Source of the DNA: a virus
Direction: 5' to 3' (one strand)
DNA length: 64,000 nt
IMG/VR virus record: IMGVR_UViG_3300043399_000524
Location: 1 to 64,000 of that record
Below are positions 27,887 to 37,751 of this stretch, piece after piece. The position numbers and the translations under genes are program-made. Under the pieces are notes generated by a model. The model worked only from the letters and a program-made list of their open reading frames with translations, made no database searches and was not told the DNA's origin. The first letter of the stretch is position 1. Each line of letters opens with the position of its first letter.

Positions 27887-28139
27887 GAAAATTGAACGGG
27901 CATTAGATTGGAATAAAGTCAGTGATGACCTTCGTACCCAATTGGGAACAATTGGGTACAATCCTGACCTTCGTAAAATGTTTAAAAACATTGACGCAAT
28001 GGTATCGGAACTCAGTAAACTAGAAGTCAGTTTTCGTAGAAGTCAAAAGTATTCAATGTTGGATGAAAAAGTTGCTGAAATAAACAAAGCAATAAATCAC
28101 CTTGAAAAACTCATATTAATAGGTAAACTAATGACATGA
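27885..28139 (+). CDS. Hypothetical coiled-coil protein
   Basis: ORF directly after promoter. Confidence 0.55.
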   Translation: MKIERALDWNKVSDDLRTQLGTIGYNPDLRKMFKNIDAMVSELSKLEVSFRRSQKYSMLDEKVAEINKAINHLEKLILIGKLMT

Positions 28140-28726
28140 TGGATGATATAGTGGGTTGGTTTTCAGGCCCCCAACAAACTGAAATAATTAAATTACTGTC
28201 CAAATACAATTATCCCGAATGTATCGGAGTAGAAGTTGGCTCACTGCATGGTCGTAGTAGTTATGCTATCTCCACAGCAATTAATAAAGGAAAATTGTAT
28301 TGTATTGATTTATGGGACGGCAGGGATTCGTATAATGATAATTTTAGTATGGAAATTATTCTTGCACACAAATTGCCAATAAAAGGAAGTTTTTCCACAA
28401 AAGAAAATTTTCTGAAAAATGTAGCTTCTAGACCAAATATAGTAGCAATACAAGCGTGTAGTCCGTATGATGTAGCAGATTGGAATTTGCCTATTGACTT
28501 TATATTTTTAGACACCGACCACACTAATCCTAATGATAGAGACAATATTGATTTTTGGTTACCTAAAATAAAATCAGGAGGGATGTTTGTAGGTCATGAT
28601 TTCTATCAAGATAGAAGATTCCCTGATGTAAATACAAACGTAGAATTTATGGAAGATTTACTAAAGCAAAAGGTAACCCTCGTCCCCCACACCCCAATTT
28701 GGTATTTTAATATAACCAAAACTTGA
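28136..28726 (+). CDS. Class I SAM-dependent methyltransferase
   Basis: VEVGSLHGRS, IDFIFLDTDH, GGMFVGHDF. Confidence 0.75.
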   Translation: MMDDIVGWFSGPQQTEIIKLLSKYNYPECIGVEVGSLHGRSSYAISTAINKGKLYCIDLWDGRDSYNDNFSMEIILAHKLPIKGSFSTKENFLKNVASRPNIVAIQACSPYDVADWNLPIDFIFLDTDHTNPNDRDNIDFWLPKIKSGGMFVGHDFYQDRRFPDVNTNVEFMEDLLKQKVTLVPHTPIWYFNITKT

Positions 28727-28751
28727 CAATAAATCCTTTTTATCGTATAAT
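28723..28751 (+). promoter_or_regulatory. sigma70-type early promoter
   Basis: TTGACAataaat-17 spacing-TATAAT. Confidence 0.8.
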
Positions 28752-28778
28752 TGATGACAGTCAAAAAACGGATAGTGT

Positions 28779-29186
28779 ATGGAATTCAAAGTTGAAGCAA
28801 GTAGGCGTAACAAAAAATTCATTGAGGCACTTTTGCCCTCAATGATTAGTCAACTCAAATTAGAAAGTAGTAAAAGAGTATTACTTATTAGGGTTGCGGA
28901 CGAGTGCGGTGAGAACCAAGGCATCACCATAGACTTGGGACAAAACATCGGTATTGTCGTTGTAGTCAAGCCTCGCAAGAACCTCAAGGAAGTTGGTCTG
29001 ACACTTGCACATGAAATGGTGCATGTTAAGCAATTGGCTAAGGGTGTATTGAAAACTCGCAAGACAGGATCCTATATCTGGGCAGGCAAGCGTTACAGTA
29101 AAAAAACTGAATACTTGAGTATGCCCTGGGAAATTGAAGCATTTAGTAAACAAGAACTCATTTTGCGCCGAGCATTTGAGGCTTGA
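28779..29186 (+). CDS. HEXXH zinc metallopeptidase-like protein
   Basis: TLAHEMVHVKQ and PWEIEAF. Confidence 0.7.
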   Translation: MEFKVEASRRNKKFIEALLPSMISQLKLESSKRVLLIRVADECGENQGITIDLGQNIGIVVVVKPRKNLKEVGLTLAHEMVHVKQLAKGVLKTRKTGSYIWAGKRYSKKTEYLSMPWEIEAFSKQELILRRAFEA

Positions 29187-29236
29187 CAATAAATGGTTTC
29201 GGGCGTACAATACACGTATTGATTGATTAAAGGAGC
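29183..29236 (+). promoter_or_regulatory. sigma70 promoter plus repeated leader/SD cassette (copy 1 of 3)
   Basis: TTGACAataaat-17-TACAAT acacgtattgattgattaaaggagc. Confidence 0.8.
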
Positions 29237-29241
29237 TTTAA

Positions 29242-29526
29242 ATGTCGGACGTTTCTTACACCGTGATTGTTTACAAAACTGACAAGCGTACGAAAATCGG
29301 CAAGCGCCAGGTTCGTGTTTTTGAACACAAAGGCCCGCGTAAGGGCATGAAGGAAGAACTGACTCACCTGTATCAAACTAGTTGGTTTGCCAAAGACGGT
29401 TACAGTTTTGAGATCCATGAGACTTATGTAACCCGCAAGAATCTCATGACTGGTCAAGAATACGAGGAACGCTATGATACTCCGCGTTCCTGCTCCCCTT
29501 CTAGTGAATCCTTCTGGTCAAATTAA
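29242..29526 (+). CDS. Hypothetical early protein
   Basis: Own promoter and SD. Confidence 0.6.
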   Translation: MSDVSYTVIVYKTDKRTKIGKRQVRVFEHKGPRKGMKEELTHLYQTSWFAKDGYSFEIHETYVTRKNLMTGQEYEERYDTPRSCSPSSESFWSN

Positions 29527-29527
29527 T

Positions 29528-29556
29528 TTGACAATAAATCCAAACTCTGATACAAT
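29528..29556 (+). promoter_or_regulatory. sigma70-type early promoter
   Basis: TTGACAataaat-17-TACAAT. Confidence 0.8.
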
Positions 29557-29589
29557 ACTTGTATTGACACTGAAATAGAGGACAAACAA

Positions 29590-29898
29590 ATGGCACTGAC
29601 TCCCCTGACCGAACGTCAAAAATCATTGATTGTTAACAATGTTGTTAAGGCATGTCGCAACATTGACAATCTGAATCGTACTGGCTATAAGTACCTTTAT
29701 CTGTGTTCTGGGTTTATTGCCCACTACGACCTGTATGGCTTCATTTCAGCCTATAGCGAACCTGGTTCACTCAAGCGTGATATTCTTTCTTATGCTGGTC
29801 AAAATCAGTGGAAGAACTTCCGCCCAGGTGAGCGTGACTACGATTATTACATGTCCAAAGCCGATGTGTATAATCGCATTCTTGCCCAAATCATCTAA
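29590..29898 (+). CDS. Hypothetical early protein
   Basis: Own promoter and gagga SD. Confidence 0.6.
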   Translation: MALTPLTERQKSLIVNNVVKACRNIDNLNRTGYKYLYLCSGFIAHYDLYGFISAYSEPGSLKRDILSYAGQNQWKNFRPGERDYDYYMSKADVYNRILAQII

Positions 29899-29905
29899 AA
29901 ATTGT

Positions 29906-29934
29906 TTGACAATAAATCAAACATCACATACAAT
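29906..29934 (+). promoter_or_regulatory. sigma70-type early promoter
   Basis: TTGACAataaat-17-TACAAT. Confidence 0.8.
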
Positions 29935-29976
29935 CAAGTTTCTTTATCTCAACGCCAATAGCAATAGGAGCATAAT

Positions 29977-31080
29977 ATGGCATCGCAAGTCTCTGACAAT
30001 CTGACAATCACCTCTGTTCAAGTGCGTAAGGCACTGTTGACTGCATTCAAAGTGCAACGTCCCGTTTTTCTCTGGGGCCCTCCCGGTATTGGTAAATCTG
30101 AGGTCGTGCAAGAAATTGCTGATGAACTTGGTGGTATTGTGTATGACTTGCGTATGGCTCAGATGGAACCTACTGACATTCGCGGTATTCCCTACTTCAA
30201 CAAAGATATCAACAAGATGGACTGGGCCGCACCCGTCGATCTGCCTGACGAGGAAACTGCAAGCAAGTATCCCGTTGTTGTCTTGTTCCTCGATGAAATG
30301 AACAGTGCTCCGCCCGCTGTACAAGCTGCAGGTTATCAACTTATTCTGAACCGTCGAGTTGGTAAGTATGTTTTGCCCAAAAACGTTGTTATCGTTGCGG
30401 CAGGTAACCGTGACAGTGACAAGGGTGTGACTTATCGCATGCCGATGCCCCTCGCTAACCGATTCTTGCACTTGGAAATGCGCCCTGACTTTACAAGTTG
30501 GCAGAACTGGGCTGTGAACAAAGGTATTCACAAAGACGTTGTGGGTTACTTGTCTTTCGCTAAACAGGACATGTACGACTTTGATAGCAAGTCCGCAAGC
30601 CGTGCATTCGCTACTCCCCGTTCTTGGTGTTTTGTGAGCGACCTTCTAAAAGATGAAGATGCTCTGGATCAGGATACACTGTTTAACCTGGTGTCTGGTG
30701 CAGTCGGTGAAGGTCTTGCTGTTAAGTTTATGGCTCACCGTAAGATTGCAGGCAAGATGCCCGACCCCGCAGATATTCTCAGTGGAAAAGTCAAGGACCT
30801 TTCTGTTAAAGAAATTTCTGCGATGTACTCCCTGACAATTTCTATGTGCTATGAACTCCGTGATTCACTTGAAAACAAGAAGGTTGATAACAAGCAGTTC
30901 CATGTCATGGCTGATAATTTCTTCAACTATATCATGGCTAACTTTGAGACTGAATTGGTCGTTATGGGTGCTAAGATTGCCCTCAAGACTTACAAGCTGC
31001 CGATTGAGCCTAGTCAACTCAAGAACTTTGATGACTTCCATAAGAAGTATGGTAAATACATTGTCGAGGCTGGTAACTGA
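29977..31080 (+). CDS. MoxR-like AAA+ ATPase
   Basis: WGPPGIGKS Walker A, LFLDEM Walker B, AAGNR sensor I, LANRF Arg finger, TPRSW. Confidence 0.85.
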   Translation: MASQVSDNLTITSVQVRKALLTAFKVQRPVFLWGPPGIGKSEVVQEIADELGGIVYDLRMAQMEPTDIRGIPYFNKDINKMDWAAPVDLPDEETASKYPVVVLFLDEMNSAPPAVQAAGYQLILNRRVGKYVLPKNVVIVAAGNRDSDKGVTYRMPMPLANRFLHLEMRPDFTSWQNWAVNKGIHKDVVGYLSFAKQDMYDFDSKSASRAFATPRSWCFVSDLLKDEDALDQDTLFNLVSGAVGEGLAVKFMAHRKIAGKMPDPADILSGKVKDLSVKEISAMYSLTISMCYELRDSLENKKVDNKQFHVMADNFFNYIMANFETELVVMGAKIALKTYKLPIEPSQLKNFDDFHKKYGKYIVEAGN

Positions 31081-31082
31081 TT

Positions 31083-31162
31083 CACACTAGCACAAAGCTA
31101 GGTGTTAGGGTAGCGATGCCCTTTTACGAGGGTGAGTGTAGAAATATATTCACCCTCTTTTT
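31083..31162 (+). terminator. Three tandem hairpins, two followed by T tracts
   Basis: ctagc/gctag; agggta-GCGA-tgccct+ttt; gagggtga/tcaccctc+tttt. Confidence 0.55.
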
Positions 31163-31176
31163 ATAAAGGAAGTAAA

Positions 31177-31329
31177 ATGTCTGGTAAAAAATATTTTTAT
31201 GCTCTCGGTCAAAGTGTCCGTTCACGCGGTTTGACTAAGGATCAAGGTATGGCTCTGTATCAAATTGAAGCAGGTGAACCCTACGCACGAATTGCATTTG
31301 ATGCAGGCTACCGAGGTCTTGCACTATGA
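31177..31329 (+). CDS. Small hypothetical protein
   Basis: SD aagga, ATG 31177. Confidence 0.5.
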   Translation: MSGKKYFYALGQSVRSRGLTKDQGMALYQIEAGEPYARIAFDAGYRGLAL

Positions 31330-31556
31330 GCGAAGATAAAAGTAAACCAAAAATTGTTTTTGCACCCGGGTGTTTTGATGGCTTTGAAGGAACTCAGGAA
31401 GAACTAAACGAATTTATTGAAAAAATCAAGACTATGGCTGAGTCCGGTGAACTCTTTGACCAAATGATCGATATTCAGGATATCATTGATGAAACGGATC
31501 CATTGGAGATCGAGCAAATTGTAAACGAAATGTTTACACCTCGCACACTGCATTAA
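31326..31556 (+). CDS. Small acidic hypothetical protein
   Basis: ATGA-coupled ORF. Confidence 0.55.
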   Translation: MSEDKSKPKIVFAPGCFDGFEGTQEELNEFIEKIKTMAESGELFDQMIDIQDIIDETDPLEIEQIVNEMFTPRTLH

Positions 31557-31557
31557 T

Positions 31558-31586
31558 TTGACGAAAAATCCACGGTCTGTTATAAT
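31558..31586 (+). promoter_or_regulatory. sigma70-type promoter
   Basis: TTGACG-17-TATAAT. Confidence 0.75.
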
Positions 31587-31614
31587 ACAACTATCGCAAT
31601 GTAAAGGAATATAA

Positions 31615-32901
31615 ATGAGCGAAGTCATTGATAAATCAAAGTCTAAGAAAAAGCGTAGTGCAAAATTTGAGAATCTTGTAGGTCCTATGGATCCGAAAAT
31701 TGATGCACAGGCACGTGAACGGTTGGTCACTGCACGTATCGGTCTATTGTTGCGCCATTCGTTTTTCGGTAACTTGGCAACTCGCCTGCAACTTATCAAC
31801 GGCGATGAATGGCTGTCAACTGCGGCAACTGACGGTCTAAAATTCTATTACAACTCCCGTTTCATTATGATGCTCAAGCCCAAAGAGGTTGAGTTTCTTG
31901 TGGCTCACGAGGTTCTGCACGTTGTTTACGATCACATGGGTCGCCGCAATCATCGTGATCCTCAAATCTGGAACATTGCTGACGACTATGCAGTCAACGC
32001 CGACTTGAAGCGACACAAGGTTGGTCAATTCATTACCACTGTTCCTTGTTTGTATGAACAAAAATATGACGGCAAGCCTGCTGAGGAAATCTATGATGAC
32101 CTCATGAAGAATGTCCAAAAGATCAATATCAACGACCTTATCGACCAAATGATTGACGATCACCTTGACGGTGACGAAGGTGATGGTGACAGTGATGGTG
32201 ATGGTGACAAAGACGGCAAGAGTAAGCGTCCTAAAATGTCTCCTGAGGAACGTGAACGTGCCCGCCAGGAAATCAAGCAAGCGATTATCAACGCAGCACA
32301 AAGTGCCGAAGCAGGCTCTCTTCCTCTAGGTGTTGAGCGACTGATTAAACAAGCTACTGATCCAGTTATGCCTTGGCGTGAACTGATTCAAACTAACTTG
32401 ACCAGTGCTATCCGTACTGACTACAGTTGGATGCGCCCAAGTCGTCGTTCTTGGCACATGGATGCGGTCATGCCTGGTATGACTCCCGGTGAAGAAATTG
32501 ATGTTGTCGTTGCTATTGACATGTCTGGTTCTATCTCTAACAAGCAAGCACAAAACTTCTTGGGTGAGATCGGCGGCATGATGGAAGCGTTTGACGGCTA
32601 TAAGGTTCATGTGTTCTGTTTTGACACTGATATCTATAACCCTGCTGACTTCACAAGTGAGAACCTTGACACTATCGATAACTACGAACCACAAGGTGGC
32701 GGAGGCACAGACTTTGATGCTATCTTTGAATACTTGAAGAAGATTGGCAATGTGCCCAAACGACTGATTGTATTCACCGATGGTTATCCATGTGGTTCTT
32801 GGGGTGACGCAGACTATTGCGACACTACATGGATCATTCACGGTGATCCCGATCCGAATCCCCCGTTCGGTACCTTCGCTATCTACGATGACCACAAGTG
32901 A
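31615..32901 (+). CDS. Metallopeptidase-like plus vWA domain protein (DUF2201-like), MoxR partner
   Basis: TAATDG, LVAHEVLHV, acidic linker, AIDMSGS MIDAS, GGGTDF, VFTDG. Confidence 0.8.
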   Translation: MSEVIDKSKSKKKRSAKFENLVGPMDPKIDAQARERLVTARIGLLLRHSFFGNLATRLQLINGDEWLSTAATDGLKFYYNSRFIMMLKPKEVEFLVAHEVLHVVYDHMGRRNHRDPQIWNIADDYAVNADLKRHKVGQFITTVPCLYEQKYDGKPAEEIYDDLMKNVQKININDLIDQMIDDHLDGDEGDGDSDGDGDKDGKSKRPKMSPEERERARQEIKQAIINAAQSAEAGSLPLGVERLIKQATDPVMPWRELIQTNLTSAIRTDYSWMRPSRRSWHMDAVMPGMTPGEEIDVVVAIDMSGSISNKQAQNFLGEIGGMMEAFDGYKVHVFCFDTDIYNPADFTSENLDTIDNYEPQGGGGTDFDAIFEYLKKIGNVPKRLIVFTDGYPCGSWGDADYCDTTWIIHGDPDPNPPFGTFAIYDDHK

Positions 32902-32908
32902 GAAATAA

Positions 32909-33031
32909 ATGGATACGTTAATTCAAATTTTGGGTTACGGATTTGTCGCAGTGGTGGTTGCAGGTTTATTTTATATTTTTACTAAGTTGTTGGTTGGAGC
33001 TTTAGGAGCACTAACAAAAGATGATGATTGA
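32909..33031 (+). CDS. 40-aa single-pass membrane peptide
   Basis: MDTLIQILGYGFVAVVVAGLFYIFTKLLVGALGALTKDDD*; fills the intergenic gap. Confidence 0.45.
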   Translation: MDTLIQILGYGFVAVVVAGLFYIFTKLLVGALGALTKDDD

Positions 33032-33269
33032 CAGTAACAACCAACAACTAACAATATACGAATCTCCTGACGGAGGCAAGACAGTCTACTCCCGCAAGTC
33101 AGGAGAGGCTGTTCGCCAATTAGAAAGTAGACTTACCGATCCTACATGGTTAAAAGAAAAAGAACTTACAGAACGCTGGGCCAGCTTAAAACAAGCTGTC
33201 TTTATGGATGACTCTACTATCAATGATTTGATTGAAAAAATCGAAGTGTTGATGAAATTAAAAAAATGA
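33021..33269 (+). CDS. Hypothetical protein
   Basis: IYESPDGGKTVYSR, coupled ORF. Confidence 0.55.
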   Translation: MMIDSNNQQLTIYESPDGGKTVYSRKSGEAVRQLESRLTDPTWLKEKELTERWASLKQAVFMDDSTINDLIEKIEVLMKLKK

Positions 33270-33508
33270 ATCATGAAGTGAACCCATTAATATGGTTTGC
33301 CGAGCGAGAATTACCATATCCACCAGTACATTTTGTAGTCGCATCCACACCTGCCACAATAGAATCCAAACAATGGGTTCTCGATCATTTGTCGGGTAGA
33401 TTTTCTATAACAACAAACTCTGCTGATATTTTTAATTTAGAAAGCATAGGCAGTATCAGTTTTGAAGATCCAAAAGAGGCTATGATTTTTGAACTAAAGT
33501 GGTCCTAA
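33266..33508 (+). CDS. Small protein of the C-terminal F-x-L-x-W paralog family
   Basis: Ends SFEDPKEAMIFELKWS. Confidence 0.55.
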   Translation: MNHEVNPLIWFAERELPYPPVHFVVASTPATIESKQWVLDHLSGRFSITTNSADIFNLESIGSISFEDPKEAMIFELKWS

Positions 33509-33571
33509 GAAAAAATATTGCAAAGATTTAATTCTGTTAAATATCTAGCATATATAATAGGAGATTGCAAT

Positions 33572-34237
33572 ATGAGTTTTTTACGACATGTAGGGAAGCA
33601 AGGTGATCGTAAGGTTGCCGTAGTATTCCGTGAAGTACCCGGTGAACCTCATATGTGCTTGGTTACATATACTGAAACATTAAATCAACACATACATGAC
33701 CCACTAATCAAATGTATTGAAAGTGATATTGGGCAAAACAGTGAGCACTTAGCAGATGCACTAAATCGTACTCATACCAAAGACGGTCGAATCATCCTAC
33801 AAGTTTTACACGCTGAAGGACAATTGAAAAAGGTTCAAACAAGTCAAATTGTCATGACACCTGCACCAAATCAATCTATCCGTTTGGATGAATTGAATAC
33901 CATTTTAGATGAAATGAAAACGGGCGAGGCAGCGGTACAGAAACTAGCAGAACTAGACAAGTCACGAGGACTACAAGATCCAGCAGACGTTGTACGCCGT
34001 ATGCGCGGCCCCCAACAAGCACCGCAAGTACAGTCAACCGGTGATGCATTGGGTGATGCTCAACTAGCAAACAATCTACGTCAACAGGCTACTAGGATGA
34101 CTAATGAGGCCAAAGGTCTTATGGCTGAAGCAGAGCGTTTATTGAAAGAAGCCGCACAAATGGATCCAGTTCAAGCAGTTCCTGAAACTACCAAACCAAA
34201 GAAAACAACTGCGAGAAAAACTAAAGTTAGTGCATAA
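33572..34237 (+). CDS. Hypothetical protein
   Basis: SD ggag, MSFLRHVGKQGDRKV start. Confidence 0.6.
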   Translation: MSFLRHVGKQGDRKVAVVFREVPGEPHMCLVTYTETLNQHIHDPLIKCIESDIGQNSEHLADALNRTHTKDGRIILQVLHAEGQLKKVQTSQIVMTPAPNQSIRLDELNTILDEMKTGEAAVQKLAELDKSRGLQDPADVVRRMRGPQQAPQVQSTGDALGDAQLANNLRQQATRMTNEAKGLMAEAERLLKEAAQMDPVQAVPETTKPKKTTARKTKVSA

Positions 34238-34533
34238 TGAGTCCCGAATTTATCGAAAAATGGGAACACATCCTTGAAGATGTAGAAAAGAATAAGATAC
34301 CTGTACAGTTTATTAAAAAGTTGATTATCAAACTCGAAGGTAAACGACAACAGACCATCAATATTCAAAAATTTCTAGAGCAAGGATTGGACCCTGATGA
34401 AATTGAAAGCGTAGTAAGTCGCAAACTTGATGAACTGGATGACATGATAGTGAGCGTAGAATTCATACTGAATGTTCAAAGTATTGCAGATACAGTACAA
34501 CCAGAGACCGACAAACTATTAGGAAAATTATGA
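34237..34533 (+). CDS. Hypothetical protein
   Basis: TAATG-coupled ORF. Confidence 0.55.
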   Translation: MSPEFIEKWEHILEDVEKNKIPVQFIKKLIIKLEGKRQQTINIQKFLEQGLDPDEIESVVSRKLDELDDMIVSVEFILNVQSIADTVQPETDKLLGKL

Positions 34534-34982
34534 AATTAATTGTAGCTTGTGATCCTAAAGGAGGAATAGGCTATCAAAACAAATTGCCCTGGAGTAAAAT
34601 CGAGGGCGATTTGCCAAGATTCAAGGAGCTAACTACTGGTAAAACAGTAGTGATGGGTCGTAACACTTGGGATAGTCTACCAAAAAAACCATTACCAAAT
34701 AGAACCAATATCATTGTAACTAGTTTACCATTTGCGAGACTACCTGAAAACACATGTAGAATTGCAACATTGGAAGAAGTAAGTAATGATTCATGGATTA
34801 TAGGTGGTGCTAAACTAATCAACTCTAGTTGGAATTATGTAGATGAAATACATCTTACTAGAACATTCACCGAATACACTTGCGATACGTTTATTGATCT
34901 AGTACAATTAGAAAAAGATTTTGTGTGTTGGTTTAAAGAAGAACATGACGACCATTCTTACGAAATTTGGAAAAGAAAATGA
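34530..34982 (+). CDS. folA: Dihydrofolate reductase
   Basis: GIGYQNKLPW, DLPRFKELT, VMGRNTWDS, LPNR, IIGG, CDTF. Confidence 0.95.
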   Translation: MKLIVACDPKGGIGYQNKLPWSKIEGDLPRFKELTTGKTVVMGRNTWDSLPKKPLPNRTNIIVTSLPFARLPENTCRIATLEEVSNDSWIIGGAKLINSSWNYVDEIHLTRTFTEYTCDTFIDLVQLEKDFVCWFKEEHDDHSYEIWKRK

Positions 34983-35878
34983 AACAGTATCACAATTTAC
35001 TCAAAGACATATTAGAAAACGGAGAATATAAAGATGATAGAACCGGTGTTGGTACCTATAGTGTTTTTGGCCGTCATCTTCGCTTTGATTTGCGTAGAGG
35101 ATTCCCTGCCATCACCACTAAGAAACTTGCTTGGAAGGCTTGTGTCGGTGAACTACTTTGGTTTATTGAAGGCAGCAATGATGAACGTAGATTGGCAGAA
35201 CTCACCCATGGTACTTCCGAAGGCAAGGTTACGATCTGGACGCCAAACGCAATGGCGCCGTACTGGAAACCCAAAGCGAAGTTTGAAGGTGACCTCGGCA
35301 GAGTTTACGGAGTCCAGTGGAGGCATTGGAACAAGTACGCGGAAGAAAAAGATTATGGCCCGGCGCACAAAGGTGGTACGCGCCTTGCCGTTGACAAGAC
35401 AGAAATTGACCAACTCAAGAACCTCCTTGAGGGCTTGAAGAACGATCCTAATGGACGCAGACATATACTCAGTGCCTGGAACGTAGCAGAAATGGATCAG
35501 ATGGCATTGCCTCCTTGTCATGTCATGAGTCAATTCTATATCAACAAAAATAAAGAATTGTCTTGTCATATGTATCAACGTAGTGTGGATGTTTATTTAG
35601 GGCTCCCGTTCAATATCGCTAGTTATGCTCTACTTACTCATTTGATAGCACACCACTGTAGTCTTAAAGTTGGAGAATTGATTATCAGTACAGGTGATAC
35701 TCATATATATAAAAATCATATTGAGCAAGTTAATGAGCAACTATCACGGTCCGAATACCCACTACCCACATTGTGGTTGAATCCAGAAGTGAAAGATATT
35801 GAAAAATTTACAATGGACGATGTTAAATTAATTGATTATCAATCACATGGTCAACTGAAGGCGCCGATGGCAGTTTAA
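34979..35878 (+). CDS. thyA: Thymidylate synthase
   Basis: DRTGVGT, ELLWF, MALPPCH, YQRSVD, GLPFNIASY, DTHIY. Confidence 0.97.
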   Translation: MKQYHNLLKDILENGEYKDDRTGVGTYSVFGRHLRFDLRRGFPAITTKKLAWKACVGELLWFIEGSNDERRLAELTHGTSEGKVTIWTPNAMAPYWKPKAKFEGDLGRVYGVQWRHWNKYAEEKDYGPAHKGGTRLAVDKTEIDQLKNLLEGLKNDPNGRRHILSAWNVAEMDQMALPPCHVMSQFYINKNKELSCHMYQRSVDVYLGLPFNIASYALLTHLIAHHCSLKVGELIISTGDTHIYKNHIEQVNEQLSRSEYPLPTLWLNPEVKDIEKFTMDDVKLIDYQSHGQLKAPMAV

Positions 35879-35912
35879 TGTTAAAAGGTAGACCATAATG
35901 ATAAATAGTTAT

Positions 35913-36488
35913 ATGAAAACAATTTATCATTATCATCACATTATACCTAAACACATGGGAGGAACTGACGATCCGACCAATCTCATTAAATTAACTGTTG
36001 AAGAACATGCTGAAGCCCATAAAAAACTTTTTGAAACTTATGGGAATAAGTTTGACTATATTGCTTACATGGCTCTATCAAAGCAAATAGGCAAGGAAGA
36101 AGCAAATTATTTGAAAATGATTGGACCAAAAAATTGGACAGATGATGGATTAGAATCTCTAAGAGAAACTGCTAGAAAACGAAAGGGTGAAAAAAATCCA
36201 TTTTATGGAAAAACACACACTGACGAAACTAGAAAAATACTTAGAGAAAATCAGCTAAACAATAGTTGGATTAAGGGTGTTGATCCATCTGAGTTGTCCT
36301 ACACTACTTATTATGAGATAATTTATCCAGATGGTAATACTAAACAAGTCGCTGGTTTAAGATTGATTGCCGAAGAATTTAAAGTTAGTATCACTAATGT
36401 CCATGCTACTATTAAAAGAATGGCTAATGGAGTTATGCCTACTAGGAGTGTATTTAAAGGGCATCTTATCAAGAAAATAGATAAATGA
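35913..36488 (+). CDS. HNH homing endonuclease with NUMOD3 motif, downstream of thyA
   Basis: HHIIPKHMGG...NL...EHAEAH; NPFYGKTHTDETRK; TAAATA + 5 nt + ATG. Confidence 0.8.
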   Translation: MKTIYHYHHIIPKHMGGTDDPTNLIKLTVEEHAEAHKKLFETYGNKFDYIAYMALSKQIGKEEANYLKMIGPKNWTDDGLESLRETARKRKGEKNPFYGKTHTDETRKILRENQLNNSWIKGVDPSELSYTTYYEIIYPDGNTKQVAGLRLIAEEFKVSITNVHATIKRMANGVMPTRSVFKGHLIKKIDK

Positions 36489-36772
36489 GCAAATCAAAGC
36501 AAACATGGCAGTTTAATCCAGTTAGACCTAAGATTGTCGAACATCGTGTACACTTGTTTTCTGTAGGAGGTGTTGCCGATCCCGACATGTATGCTGCACA
36601 TCCTATTTGGGAGTGGGAGAATACTGAGCAAGGTAGATGGGTTATGCAAAATAGCAATCCTAAACCTAAGTGGGAACGATATATCGATCCACATACATAT
36701 GGATACAAGTATGTCATCAAGGCATACTTTACTCCTGAGCAAGTAACCTATTGGAAATTAAAATATGAGTAA
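36485..36772 (+). CDS. Hypothetical protein, possibly F-x-L-x-W family
   Basis: Ends AYFTPEQVTYWKLKYE. Confidence 0.55.
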   Translation: MSKSKQTWQFNPVRPKIVEHRVHLFSVGGVADPDMYAAHPIWEWENTEQGRWVMQNSNPKPKWERYIDPHTYGYKYVIKAYFTPEQVTYWKLKYE

Positions 36773-37751
36773 AATTTTAGTAACGGGAGGCCTAGGACTA
36801 ATAGGTCACAATGTCGTATCAAGATTAGCTAACTTAGGATATCAAGTTGTAGTCACTGATACACGTACAAACTACGGCATCATCCCTCAAGCAGAGATTG
36901 ATTACCTAATGAATGAAAGACTAAAAAAGATTCCTGATAATGTTAAAATCTATGACTATGACATTACAGGTGCATTCATTCATAATGTGTTTGATTACCA
37001 TCGATTTGACCAAGTCATTCATATGGCTAGTTTCCCAAGACAAAAAGTAGTAAACGCTAATCCAGTGTGGGGTAGTCGTGTTATGAGTGAAGGGTTGCTC
37101 AACTTGTTGGAAGCTAGTAAGAAGTACAGTGTCAATAAGTTTGTCTATATCAGTAGTTCAATGGTGTATGGTGACTTTACTGATGATGTAAAAGAAGATG
37201 CTATTTGTAGACCGCAAGGTCAGTATGGTATTATGAAATTAGCAGGAGAATGGCTTGTTAGAGATTATTCTAGACGAGATAATATTGTTCACACAATTAT
37301 TCGCCCTAGTGCTGTCTACGGCCCTCTTGATGTTGAGGACCGCGTCATTGCTAAGTTCATGCTTACAGCGATGCGTGGCGGCACTCTCAATGTTAATGGT
37401 GCCGGGGAAACACTAGACTTTACTTATGTAGAAGATGCGGCTGATGGTATTGTTGCGGCAGCACTGAGTAACAACACAGACAACAAGACATACAATATTA
37501 CTAAATCACATTCAAGAACCCTACTTGATGCCGCAAACCTTGCTGTAAAAATTGTAGGTAAAGGTACAATTAATATACGTGACAAGGACGTAGACTTTCC
37601 AAGTCGCGGTGCATTGAATATTGAAGCGGCTCGTAGAGATTTCGGCTACGATCCTAAAATAGATGTAGAAGAAGGATTTCAAAAATATTATGAGTGGTTG
37701 CAACATTCCCCATTTTGGACTCAAAAGACAGTACAAGAATCTAAGGGATGA
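36765..37751 (+). CDS. NAD-dependent epimerase/dehydratase (extended SDR)
   Basis: LVTGGLGLIG, SSSMVYG, YGIMK (YxxxK), RPSAVYGP, DFTYVED. Confidence 0.9.
   Translation: MSKILVTGGLGLIGHNVVSRLANLGYQVVVTDTRTNYGIIPQAEIDYLMNERLKKIPDNVKIYDYDITGAFIHNVFDYHRFDQVIHMASFPRQKVVNANPVWGSRVMSEGLLNLLEASKKYSVNKFVYISSSMVYGDFTDDVKEDAICRPQGQYGIMKLAGEWLVRDYSRRDNIVHTIIRPSAVYGPLDVEDRVIAKFMLTAMRGGTLNVNGAGETLDFTYVEDAADGIVAAALSNNTDNKTYNITKSHSRTLLDAANLAVKIVGKGTINIRDKDVDFPSRGALNIEAARRDFGYDPKIDVEEGFQKYYEWLQHSPFWTQKTVQESKG

Noticed and set aside
29944-32895. Long minus-strand ORFs (29944-30531, 31837-32301, 32326-32895) and others such as 3130-3600 and 55504-56007
   Set aside because: Antisense shadows of well-supported plus-strand genes with biased codon usage; no motifs or start signals
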